Assembly (NCBI GenBank): GCA_028700115.1
Contig: JAQVTI010000010.1
Coordinates: 4,528 to 36,527, forward strand
Origin: Candidatus Iainarchaeum sp.
Lineage (GTDB): Archaea; Iainarchaeota; Iainarchaeia; Iainarchaeales; CSSED10-239
Direction: 5' to 3'
Length of the DNA stretch: 32,000 nucleotides
How positions within the stretch are numbered: the stretch's first letter is position 1; every line of letters starts with the position of its first letter. Shown piece after piece: positions 23,635 through 32,000 of the stretch. The notes below the pieces were generated by a model, which was not told the origin of the DNA, ran no database searches, and saw only the letters and a list, made by a program, of their open reading frames with translations. Position numbers and translations under genes: made by a program.

Positions 23635-24093
23635 ATGACAAGTAGACTTTATATGACAAAACTAATTGGAGGTTTCCTTTTTATTTTTGGAATATTTTTT
23701 TTAATTCTTTCTATAACTAATTTATTTAATGATGTTGATTTTATAGAAGAATATAAAACATGTATAACAATTTCGGATTATAACCCAGAAATATTAGATT
23801 CATGTAAATATAATGCTTCAAATGGTCTAAAAATTGTAATTAGAGATAATCAAGTAGAATTAACACAGAGTCAATATATTAAAATTTATGTAAGGGAAAC
23901 AATAGCAGTTTTATTTTCCATACTTTTAATAATTATTGGTGATTTTGTTTATATTGGAACTAAAAAAAGAATAAATTATCATGAAGAATTAATAAGCAAA
24001 ATTGAAGAAAAACCATTAATTAAACCATTAATTAAAAAAAAGAATAAAACCAAAAAAATTACAACTAAAAAAAATATAAAAAAGAAGAAATAA
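23635..24093 (+). CDS. hypothetical two-TM membrane protein with a Lys-rich tail
   Basis: AGGTGAT lies 5 nt upstream of the ATG. Two hydrophobic helices (LIGGFLFIFGIFFLILSI; IAVLFSILLIIIGDFVYI). The C-terminus is PLIKPLIKKKNKTKKITTKKNIKKKK. Confidence 0.5.
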   Translation: MTSRLYMTKLIGGFLFIFGIFFLILSITNLFNDVDFIEEYKTCITISDYNPEILDSCKYNASNGLKIVIRDNQVELTQSQYIKIYVRETIAVLFSILLIIIGDFVYIGTKKRINYHEELISKIEEKPLIKPLIKKKNKTKKITTKKNIKKKK

Positions 24094-24123
24094 TCTTCTT
24101 TTATTTTTTATTTTTAAAGAAAC

Positions 24124-25962
24124 TTATTTTTTAAGCTCATTATATGTAATTATTCCAATTTCTTTATGATCTTTTAATTTAGATTTTGGAGCAACTATAA
24201 AATAAACTTTATTATTAATTGCAGTTTTTAAAAGTTCTTCAGAAATATCTTGACCTGTAACTATTGCAAATATTTTACTTTTAAAAGAATTAATTTTATT
24301 TATAATATCTTTATTTTTAGAATTACCAATTCTTCTAAGCTTTTCATTTAAAATTCTTGATTCTTCTTTTCCATCAACATCTTCTAAAATTTTTAAAAAA
24401 TTTTTTCTCATTTTATCAGTAATTTTTGGAATAATTATTTTTTCTTCTTTTATAGGTTCTTTAATTTCTTCTTTCTTAATAAATTCTTTTTTTTCAAATA
24501 TATTTTTTGTCATAATATTCCCAGATTTATTAATATTTTTTAAAGAATTAATATTACTTGAAGAAACAGGTGGTTTTAAATTAGATTTTAAAAAAGATTG
24601 TTCTTTAGAAAAATTTGAAGAAATTTGATTTTCTAAAGATATTTTTTTAGGAAATTCAGATTTATTAGAAAGATCTTTAAATTCTTTCACTGCATTTTCA
24701 ACTTTATCTTTTAAAGTAAGTGGTTTTTTTGAAAATACATTTAAATTATTATTAATAATTTTATTATTTTCAATAGGAGATTGTTTTAAATTATTATTAA
24801 TAATTTTATTATTTTCAATAGGAGATTGTTTTAAATTATTATTAATAAATACAGAATCTGATTTTATATTTTCTGATCTATTAGTTAAAAAGTTTGGTTT
24901 ATTATTAAATGTATTTCGTTTATTATTCATATTATTAAAAGAAGAATGTGAAAAATTATTTTTTGAAACATCAATTCTTTCAACATTAGGAATATTTGAA
25001 AGCATATTTTCAAAATCATCTCCTGTTTTTATAGGTTCTTTAAATTTATTATATACTTTTTCATTTTGCTTAACCTTATGTTCATGAGTAATTGAAAATT
25101 TAGTTTGTTTTACAAGACCTGGTTGTCTAGGAGTTATAGATGATTCTATTAAATTTGATTTAATTTTTCTTCTTAATGCTTGATTAATTTCTTTTTGTGT
25201 AAGTTCTTCAACTTCTTTTCCATCTGGAGCTCTAGCTATATAATCAACTCTAATTGCTTTTAAAAGTTGAGATTGCTGTATTTCCCCCCCATGATCCCCA
25301 TCTAAAAATAAAGTAACTTCTTTATTTTTACAAATATCTGATAAAGATTTTGGAATTCTAGCACCATTTGTTGAAATAACATTTGTAAATCCATATTTTA
25401 ACATATTTATTACATCTGCTCTTCCTTCAACAACAATTAATTCTTTAGAAGCATCTATTGTTGGACCTGCTGGAAGTCTATCAGGACCATAATTCACAAT
25501 TTCTCTTGTTTTAAATGTATCTGAAATTTCATCCATTAATTCTCTAGTATCTGGAATTTGATCTTGCATAAGTTTTCCAAGAAGAGAAATTGCTCTTTCT
25601 TTAATTTGTTTTCTTTTAAGTCCTCTAGTATCTTCAATTTGTTTAATAATAAAAGAAGTATCACAAGGACCAACTTTATCAATAGATTCAATAGATGCAC
25701 CAATTATTGCAGTTTCTACCATTGACAAACTACATGGAAGTTTTAAATTTCCTGAAGTTTTATTTCCTTGATGAGATAAAGTTATTTCAATTCTTCCAAT
25801 TTTACCATTTTGTTGTAATTCTTTAATATCTAATTGAGAGCCTAAAAGTCCTTCAGATTGACCAAAAATAGCACCAATTACATCTGGTCTTTCAACAAGA
25901 CCATTTACTTCAAAATCTGCAACTATCATATATTTAATAGTTTCTAAATAAGTTTTACCCAT
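24124..25962 (-). CDS. dnaG: archaeal DnaG-type primase / exosome-associated Toprim protein with a ~230-aa low-complexity insertion and extended C-terminus
   Basis: N-terminus KYMIVADFEVNGLVERPDVIGAIFGQSEGLLG. Toprim motifs are LIVVEGRADVINMLKYGF ... TLFLDGDHGGE. GGTGAT lies 6 nt upstream of the ATG. The gene product is 612 aa. Confidence 0.9.
   Translation of the reverse strand: MGKTYLETIKYMIVADFEVNGLVERPDVIGAIFGQSEGLLGSQLDIKELQQNGKIGRIEITLSHQGNKTSGNLKLPCSLSMVETAIIGASIESIDKVGPCDTSFIIKQIEDTRGLKRKQIKERAISLLGKLMQDQIPDTRELMDEISDTFKTREIVNYGPDRLPAGPTIDASKELIVVEGRADVINMLKYGFTNVISTNGARIPKSLSDICKNKEVTLFLDGDHGGEIQQSQLLKAIRVDYIARAPDGKEVEELTQKEINQALRRKIKSNLIESSITPRQPGLVKQTKFSITHEHKVKQNEKVYNKFKEPIKTGDDFENMLSNIPNVERIDVSKNNFSHSSFNNMNNKRNTFNNKPNFLTNRSENIKSDSVFINNNLKQSPIENNKIINNNLKQSPIENNKIINNNLNVFSKKPLTLKDKVENAVKEFKDLSNKSEFPKKISLENQISSNFSKEQSFLKSNLKPPVSSSNINSLKNINKSGNIMTKNIFEKKEFIKKEEIKEPIKEEKIIIPKITDKMRKNFLKILEDVDGKEESRILNEKLRRIGNSKNKDIINKINSFKSKIFAIVTGQDISEELLKTAINNKVYFIVAPKSKLKDHKEIGIITYNELKK
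24741..24847 (-). repeat. 45-bp perfect in-frame tandem repeat (about 2.4 copies) inside dnaG
   Basis: TTAAATTATTATTAATAATTTTATTATTTTCAATAGGAGATTGTT at 24741-24785 is repeated exactly at 24786-24830, with 17 more nt of a third copy. It encodes NNNLKQSPIENNKII repeated. Confidence 0.92.
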
Positions 25963-26097
25963 AGATTATCACCAATAATTTATATTTGATAATCTCTAAA
26001 ATCATTAATTAAAAAAGAAAAATAGATTTTTAAAAAGAATTTATATAAGTCATTTTAATTTTACTTATATATAATATCTAAAAATAATTTAAATTAA

Positions 26098-26340
26098 CTA
26101 AATAATATCTATAACTCTAACTATCTTTGAATGTGATTTTTCTCCCTTAACTAATTCTATTTTATAGCCAAGGTCTTTAAAAAAACTAATTATTTCCTTG
26201 TTTGCCTTTCCTTTTAAAGGCTGTGAATGTATTTTAACTTTATATGTATCTTTTTCTAAAAAATCTATATCTTGTTTTTTAGAATTACATATTATTAAAA
26301 GATTTAATATCTGATCTTTTTTTAGTTTTTTTAAATTCAT
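26098..26340 (-). CDS. DUF167 (YggU/UPF0235) family protein
   Basis: YKVKIHSQPLKGKANKEIISFFKDLGYKIELVKGEKSHSKIVRV follows the DUF167 consensus (v.v.a.P..GkAN..li.fl ... v.iv.G..sr.K.v.v). Confidence 0.65.
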   Translation of the reverse strand: MNLKKLKKDQILNLLIICNSKKQDIDFLEKDTYKVKIHSQPLKGKANKEIISFFKDLGYKIELVKGEKSHSKIVRVIDII

Positions 26341-26570
26341 ATTTATAATCTTAAAGTAATAAAATTCAAATTATTTTTAAAAGTAAATCTTTGTTTGAAA
26401 AAATAATAAATTCTCTTTAAATCTCTAAAAATCTTTTTTTCATCTAGAGATGATTTTTAGTTTTTGTAAAAGGTTTAAAAATTAAAACCTTCTATATTTT
26501 ATAATTTATATAATTACTATAAATATTATAGAACAAAACATTTAAAAAACAAGATTTATATATTATATTT

Positions 26571-26846
26571 ATGAGTCCTAAATTTTATGCAACAAAATTT
26601 ACAAAAAAAATAATGAAAGATACTCTAAAAGATCTAAAAAAAGAAGTTACTAATTTTAGAATACATATAAAAAATCCTTCTAAAAAAGAAATTTTAGAAC
26701 AAAATTTATTAATAAAAATTAAAAATATACTAACTTTATATGAAGAAATGAAAAAAACAGGCACACAATTAAATGATGCGGATAAAAAAGCAATAGAAGG
26801 TTATAAAAAAATATATACAATATACAAAGAAATATTAAATAAATAG
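26571..26846 (+). CDS. hypothetical helical protein, probably co-transcribed with hjc
   Basis: 91-aa K/E-rich ORF ending 8 nt before the hjc ATG. No recognisable motif. Confidence 0.4.
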   Translation: MSPKFYATKFTKKIMKDTLKDLKKEVTNFRIHIKNPSKKEILEQNLLIKIKNILTLYEEMKKTGTQLNDADKKAIEGYKKIYTIYKEILNK

Positions 26847-26854
26847 GGTAAGTT

Positions 26855-27247
26855 ATGAAAAATAAAACAAAAGGTTCTAATGCAGAAAGAGAACTTTTAT
26901 TAAAACTTTATAAAAACGGTTTTGCTGTTTCTAGAGTTGCAGGTTCAGGTTCATCTACACTTCCTACCCCAGATATAATTGCTGTTAAAAATAAAAAGGG
27001 CTTTGCAATTGAATGTAAAACTAAATCTGGAGAATATTTAAATATAAAAGAAACACAGATAAAAGAACTTGAAATTTGGGAAAATTTATCTGGTTTTAAA
27101 TCATATATTGCTTGGAGACTTGGAAAAGAAAATTGGTATTTTTTATATTATAAAAAAATGAACAAAACAAAAATAGCATATTCTATAAAAAAATCAGAAA
27201 TTATAGAAAAAGGAATAAATTTTTCTAATTTTATAAAATCTTTATAA
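26855..27247 (+). CDS. hjc: Holliday junction resolvase Hjc
   Basis: KGSNAERELLLKLYKNGFAVSRVAGSGSS ... PDIIAVKNKKGFAIECKTK carries the archaeal Hjc catalytic pattern (E ... D ... E.K). Confidence 0.88.
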   Translation: MKNKTKGSNAERELLLKLYKNGFAVSRVAGSGSSTLPTPDIIAVKNKKGFAIECKTKSGEYLNIKETQIKELEIWENLSGFKSYIAWRLGKENWYFLYYKKMNKTKIAYSIKKSEIIEKGINFSNFIKSL

Positions 27248-27329
27248 TTTAATTTTGTATTATAAAAATCTATTTATAAACATATTTATGCATAAATATA
27301 ATATAGATAAAAGGAAATAAAAGATTAAT

Positions 27330-27461
27330 ATGTATATGGAACTAGAAGAAATAATAAATGCTCTAAAAAGACATGCTGATAAAGAAAAAGGGTTAAAAAA
27401 TAGAATTCTTTATGAACAAGCTTTAAAATCATTAACTGAATTAAAAAATAGAAAAGAATAA
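27330..27461 (+). CDS. 43-aa small ORF (speculative)
   Basis: Encodes MYMELEEIINALKRHADKEKGLKNRILYEQALKSLTELKNRKE. It is below the ORF-track cutoff, has only a weak AAGGAAA 12 nt upstream, and shows no homology I recognise. Confidence 0.2.
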   Translation: MYMELEEIINALKRHADKEKGLKNRILYEQALKSLTELKNRKE

Positions 27462-27474
27462 TTTATATCTAATT

Positions 27475-27822
27475 TTATAATAATTTATATTTTTTTGTAA
27501 ATCTATCAATTTTATCTTCTTTAATAGGACCAACTCCAAGACAGGTAATATCTGGTTGAGATAATTGAGTTAAACCAGCATCTTTTATTAAAGAACATGG
27601 AAATATATTTTTAATATCTTCAAATAAAGATAAAAGCTCATTTTTAGAATCTATTTTTAAAACAACTTTTTTTTGACCTTCCAAAAGCCATAAAGATGAA
27701 ATTTCTGGATTTTTTTTTTCAGTTTTTAAAAAAGAAGATACTGCTGCATGTGCAACTTGTGCAGCAATTTTACCTTTTCCAAGTTTTAAATCATTTCTTA
27801 CAATTATAACTTGTTTATACAT
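27475..27822 (-). CDS. pth2: peptidyl-tRNA hydrolase, archaeal type (Pth2)
   Basis: MYKQVIIVRNDLKLGKGKIAAQVAHAAVSSF ... QKKVVLKI ... IKDAGLTQ ... TCLGVGP is the PTH2 signature. The ATG at 27822 lies 1 nt after the upstream gene's TAA. Confidence 0.88.
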   Translation of the reverse strand: MYKQVIIVRNDLKLGKGKIAAQVAHAAVSSFLKTEKKNPEISSLWLLEGQKKVVLKIDSKNELLSLFEDIKNIFPCSLIKDAGLTQLSQPDITCLGVGPIKEDKIDRFTKKYKLL

Positions 27823-27823
27823 A

Positions 27824-28192
27824 TTATTCAAAATCAGATTTATTATCATCAATATTACAATTTTCATCATTAGAACCTTCTATTCCTGAAAAAGTAATAG
27901 TTATTGTTATTTGCTTTCTACCCCACATAGAAGTGATTTGTTTTGTTTGCCCTAATGTAATTTCTGTAGTATAATCATATGCTTTATGTTCATTTTTAAC
28001 TAAAAAATGCCTATCATATTCTAAATTTACTTTCCCTGAATTCCCAGAAAGTATTTTGAAAATATGCCCATTATTCCCATCATCTTCAAAAGTTTCTCCA
28101 ATTTCTGCATAAATAGTTTTTTCTTCTTTTACATTATTTGATGGATTTTCCATATCTGTTACTTTTCTTGTAACTTTAAAAACAAATTCCAT
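27824..28192 (-). CDS. hypothetical 122-aa protein, tightly coupled to pth2
   Basis: Predicted beta-rich sequence (VNLEYDRHFLVKNEHKAYDYTTEITLGQTKQITSMWGRKQITITITFSG) with an acidic tail. Its stop is 1 nt before the pth2 ATG. No family recognised. Confidence 0.5.
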   Translation of the reverse strand: MEFVFKVTRKVTDMENPSNNVKEEKTIYAEIGETFEDDGNNGHIFKILSGNSGKVNLEYDRHFLVKNEHKAYDYTTEITLGQTKQITSMWGRKQITITITFSGIEGSNDENCNIDDNKSDFE

Positions 28193-28311
28193 AATTTATC
28201 TATCTCCTATTAATAATAACATTAAATTTTAAATATTAAAATATATTTTATAAAATATATAAGATAATTAAGTTTAAAAACACATAAGCTTATTGAATAA
28301 ATAAAAACAAA

Positions 28312-31300
28312 TTAAGAAGTAATATATTTTTTAATATTTTCTAATTCTTCTTCATCATAATAATTAGATGGTAAAAAAACTTCTACAATTTTTGTTGAAA
28401 TCCAATCTTTTTCTTTAATTATAGGTACATAATCAAATATAGAAGTTAAATTAATTTCAAAATCCCCACTATTTAAAATTTGATTATGTAAATTTTTATA
28501 ATCCCCAATATATGAAACAACATGAGTATAAGGTACAATCAATGATTTTTCTTCTAAATTATAAGAATAATATCCTAATTGTTTATATTTTTGTGGAATA
28601 TCAAACCAATCAGGATTTACAAAATCATCATTATAAATATATTTTTTATTATTATTAATTCTAATTCCTAAAATCATACCAGGTAAAAGACGATTTAAAT
28701 TTAAATCATCATCACCTTCAAACCAAACACTTACAGAAGAAGAATCTACTATTCTATACCATGCATCAACTGTTGGGAAATATTTATCAGATTTAGAAAT
28801 AGACATAATTTTATTTAAAGAATCTGCAGATAAATAAGAACAATTACCAATATATTTTTTATTTTGTAAATTTAAAAAATTATTAATTGTTTTCTCATAA
28901 TCATATTTTAAAGGAAGAATTCTAAAATCTAAATTAGAATCATAATATACATCTATTAATCCTTCTTTAAAAAAATATTTTTCATCATATTCAGATATTT
29001 TTTCTAAATCTAAAAAAATATTTTGAAAAGCAATATAATTTTCATAAAAATCTTTAAAAGAATATTTCCCTAAATCTAAAACCACTTTTGATGGGGTTAA
29101 ATTTTTTTCTAAAAAGAAACTTTGATCTTTAGAATTTGTATTTAATAAATCTAATAATAAAAAAATATTAGATGCAAAATTTTTATTAGAAACATCTTCT
29201 TCTATAACCATATTACAAAAAGAAACATAATTTTCTTGTGTAAAATTATTTGAATTTCCTGTAATTTCTGAAAAATAATTTATAGAGTCTTGATTTGTTT
29301 TAATATCAAAAAAATTATATTTAAAATATTTAAAATTTGCAGAAGACAAAAATGGTTCAAAATCATTATATCTTTGAGAAATATTTTCAGAACTACAAAA
29401 ATAATTATAATCTATAAATGTAGAAAAATTATCCCCAGAAAAATTACTTAAAGAATATGATAAAGCCCAAAATACAGATATATCTTCAAAATTTAAATCA
29501 AATGAATTTGAAATATCAAAAATCATTGTATTAAATTTTTTTAATAAATCTTTATCTTTTTTAAAATAATCAAAATATATATGATTTATATGTTCTTGAG
29601 AAATATTATAATTAATATCTTCAATTAAATCTATTTTATTTAATAAATTAGGATTATAATTAGGATTATCTTTTGAAATAAAATCATCTAATAAATACAC
29701 ATTTATTTTTTCAAAATCACAAACTATTAAATAATTTTCATAAATTTTATAAGTGTTTTCTAAAATTTCTACAATTTCTCCATTTAAATCTAATAAAAAT
29801 AATAAAGAATCATCTTGTGTTTTAGAAACACTTATTATAGAAAATTCTCTTGAAAAATTATTAAGTCCATTAAAAAAATATTCTTGAGAGGAAAAATCTA
29901 AAATAAACCAAGAAATTTTAAATTCTAAAGGATCTCTTGCATCAAAAATATATAAATAAACATCTTCTTGAGAAGTTATAAAATTATAATATAAATTATC
30001 AGAAATAGTATAAAAATAAGCAATATCAGATTTATTTAATAAAAAAGGTATACCCCCTCTTAATTCAATATATGATTTGTGATTATCTTTTTTTAATTTA
30101 AAATAAGTTTTATCTTTACTAAAATAAAAAGTATTTTTTGAATTTTGGGGGATTATTTTATCAAAAGTAAATACTTTAAATTTATTTGAAAAATAAAAAT
30201 TATCATAATAAGACAAATAATTTATATAAAAAATATTGTTTGAAAAATTATAATCCAAATAAAGAAATTTGTCGTTAAAATGTATATTTTTATTTTTATA
30301 AAAAATAATAGGAGAACTAATATTATTTTCAGAAATAATTTTTACATTAGAACTATTAAATCTATAATTATAAATTTCATCAAAATTAGATATATCAAAA
30401 TATTTATAAATTTTATTTATTGAAAAACCTAAAAAATCTAAACTATTATCATAATAATTATAAATATTTATATATTGATTATTTAAATTTAAAATAGATA
30501 TATCAATTAAAAAGTTTTTAGAAAAAATTGAATTTGTAGAAATATTTAATTCTATATTTTCTTTATAATTATAAGATTTATCAAAATTAGAATTTCTTCT
30601 AAAAGAAATATCTAATAATAAAGGAAAAGAAGAAATCACTTTTTTTTCTTTTAAATAATAAAAACATTCTTTAGAAACTTTTGTTTTAAGAGAATCTTCT
30701 GTTCTTAAAAGTAAATCATTTATACTATTTATGGGATTATCTTCTAAAAATAGAATTAAATTATAACAATAATTTTCTTTAGAAATTAATTCTTTTTTAA
30801 GATTATTTAATAAGAATACATCTTTTTGATTAATTTCAAAAAAACCAATATTTGAATCTTGGTTAAAATTATAAGAAATATATTCAGAGTCATAAGAAAG
30901 ATCAATAGGTAAAATATAATTAGTATATAAATTTATTGGAGTTGTAATAATATCTATTTTTTCAGGAATTTTAAAAATACTATCAAAAGTAGAAGAATTT
31001 ATTTCAAAATTTGTTTCTGGTAAAGAAAATATATTTGTAGAAAATAAAATTAAAATAAAAAAAATAATTATAATATTAATTCTTTTAAATCTAATTTCAC
31101 GTCTATTGATTTTATTTTTTGGGATTAAAAAATAAATAATTAAAACTATTATAAATAATAAAAATCCTAATTTTTTAAAATTAAAATTAGAAGAATCAGA
31201 TGTAAAATTTAAAATATTATTTTTAAAATCAATAGATGTATCTATATTAGAAAAAGAAGAATCTGAGGATATAGATGAATTATCAAAATTAGATATTATT

Positions 31301-31935
31301 GAAAATGGAAGATTTTTTTTAAAATTCATATTATTAATAAAATAATTAATATCTAAAAAATAAACACCTTCTTCAGATAAACTAAAAATATATGGTAAAG
31401 AATTAATTTTTTCAGAAAAATACATATTATCAAAATTATAAATAGACACATATAAATTAACATCTTCTAGAGAGCCCATATTTGAAGATAAATATATATT
31501 TTGATCAATATTAAAATAACTAAAAATATTTCCTAAATTATCTTCTAAAAAAAAATTATAATTATAAATATTTTTTTTTAAAGAAAAAGTATCAGAAAAA
31601 TAATATATTTCTTTTTCATCTATAAAAAAAGTATAAGATATATTAATATCAGAATCATAAGAAGGAGTAAAATAAAAATTAAAAGAAGAAAGTTCTTCTA
31701 AAGAAAGATTTTTATTAAAATATATTTCTTTTGAAATATTAGATAAAATTAATAAATTTACAGAATCAATTTTTTGTAAATCTAAAAAATTAATATCAAT
31801 TTTATTAAAATAAATAGATAAAGAAATAATTTCATCATAAACATAAGATTCCTTAAATAAAATTGAATCATATGCAAATATATTTATTGAAAAAAATAAA
31901 ATAAAAAAAAATATTAAAAAAAATTTATATTTCAT
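28312..31935 (-). CDS. 1207-aa N/F/Y/I/S-rich giant surface protein: signal peptide, TM hairpin, and a possible C-terminal papain-like (NlpC/P60- or CHAP-like) domain
   Basis: An uninterrupted 3.6-kb ORF in AT-rich DNA. Signal peptide MKYKFFLIFFFILFFSINIFA. Two hydrophobic helices (LGFLLFIIVLIIYFLI; INIIIIFFILILFSTNIFS) are separated by the basic loop PKNKINRREIRFKR. The C-terminus has YIGNCSYLSADSL ... LPGMILGIRI ... YTHVVSYIGDYKNLHNQ. The domain call is tentative. Confidence 0.8.
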   Translation of the reverse strand: MKYKFFLIFFFILFFSINIFAYDSILFKESYVYDEIISLSIYFNKIDINFLDLQKIDSVNLLILSNISKEIYFNKNLSLEELSSFNFYFTPSYDSDINISYTFFIDEKEIYYFSDTFSLKKNIYNYNFFLEDNLGNIFSYFNIDQNIYLSSNMGSLEDVNLYVSIYNFDNMYFSEKINSLPYIFSLSEEGVYFLDINYFINNMNFKKNLPFSIISNFDNSSISSDSSFSNIDTSIDFKNNILNFTSDSSNFNFKKLGFLLFIIVLIIYFLIPKNKINRREIRFKRINIIIIFFILILFSTNIFSLPETNFEINSSTFDSIFKIPEKIDIITTPINLYTNYILPIDLSYDSEYISYNFNQDSNIGFFEINQKDVFLLNNLKKELISKENYCYNLILFLEDNPINSINDLLLRTEDSLKTKVSKECFYYLKEKKVISSFPLLLDISFRRNSNFDKSYNYKENIELNISTNSIFSKNFLIDISILNLNNQYINIYNYYDNSLDFLGFSINKIYKYFDISNFDEIYNYRFNSSNVKIISENNISSPIIFYKNKNIHFNDKFLYLDYNFSNNIFYINYLSYYDNFYFSNKFKVFTFDKIIPQNSKNTFYFSKDKTYFKLKKDNHKSYIELRGGIPFLLNKSDIAYFYTISDNLYYNFITSQEDVYLYIFDARDPLEFKISWFILDFSSQEYFFNGLNNFSREFSIISVSKTQDDSLLFLLDLNGEIVEILENTYKIYENYLIVCDFEKINVYLLDDFISKDNPNYNPNLLNKIDLIEDINYNISQEHINHIYFDYFKKDKDLLKKFNTMIFDISNSFDLNFEDISVFWALSYSLSNFSGDNFSTFIDYNYFCSSENISQRYNDFEPFLSSANFKYFKYNFFDIKTNQDSINYFSEITGNSNNFTQENYVSFCNMVIEEDVSNKNFASNIFLLLDLLNTNSKDQSFFLEKNLTPSKVVLDLGKYSFKDFYENYIAFQNIFLDLEKISEYDEKYFFKEGLIDVYYDSNLDFRILPLKYDYEKTINNFLNLQNKKYIGNCSYLSADSLNKIMSISKSDKYFPTVDAWYRIVDSSSVSVWFEGDDDLNLNRLLPGMILGIRINNNKKYIYNDDFVNPDWFDIPQKYKQLGYYSYNLEEKSLIVPYTHVVSYIGDYKNLHNQILNSGDFEINLTSIFDYVPIIKEKDWISTKIVEVFLPSNYYDEEELENIKKYITS

Positions 31936-32000
31936 ATATAATTTATATATATATATATTTTTAAAAGTTAATAATTACTTGATCTACTCTCTCTGTTGGA

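Noticed and set aside
24741-24847. Tandem direct repeats (here and at 16018-16080) as a possible mini CRISPR array
   Set aside because: The repeats are contiguous with no spacers. They are in frame within dnaG and ftsY and encode repeated peptides, so they are coding microsatellite-type expansions.
26341-26570. Small inverted repeats in the DUF167 / 26571 divergent intergenic region (CTAAAAATC...GATTTTTAG; AAGGTTT-aaaaatt-AAACCTT)
   Set aside because: The stems are short and AT-rich with overlapping alternative pairings in about 25 percent GC DNA, so they are expected by chance. No C/D-box or other sRNA signature was seen.
31981-32000. Slightly GC-richer end of the window (GATCTACTCTCTCTGTTGGA, with a TTGATC reminiscent of a 16S 5' end)
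   Set aside because: Only 20 nt are visible and the match to the archaeal 16S 5' consensus (TTGATCCTGCCGGA) is poor, so no call can be made.

Overview
This is a very AT-rich, gene-dense window in which nearly every long ORF is real. The informational genes are archaeal. eS19, eL39, eL31, aIF6, prefoldin alpha and FtsY sit in the conserved archaeal order. SRP54, archaeal DnaG, Hjc, Pth2, an Rpp21-type RNase P subunit, tRNA-Gly(GCC) and tRNA-Val(UAC) are also present. Several enzymes look bacterial-type instead: AspRS, Tgt, RadC and a MATE transporter. Together with the small intergenic spaces and long low-complexity tails on housekeeping proteins, this suggests a reduced, host-associated (DPANN-like) archaeon; that assignment is inference only. 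Accessory content stands out in four places. (1) A three-gene operon at 1-4276 encodes DUF2341/LamG proteins with pilin-like N-termini, and an A24 prepilin peptidase lies at 12393-13256. (2) A 735-bp cassette is bracketed by 60-bp direct repeats (9212-9271 and 9947-10006). It carries an antitoxin-like gene plus a RelE-like toxin killed by two in-frame TAG codons, and it sits between a Cas4-like nuclease and RadC. (3) Two large surface proteins are present: a transglutaminase-like protein and a 1207-aa N/F/Y/I-rich giant with a possible C-terminal papain-like fold. (4) Perfect in-frame tandem repeats occur in ftsY and dnaG. No CRISPR array, rRNA, transposase or integrase was seen. All family calls come from motif recognition by eye and none was checked against a database.
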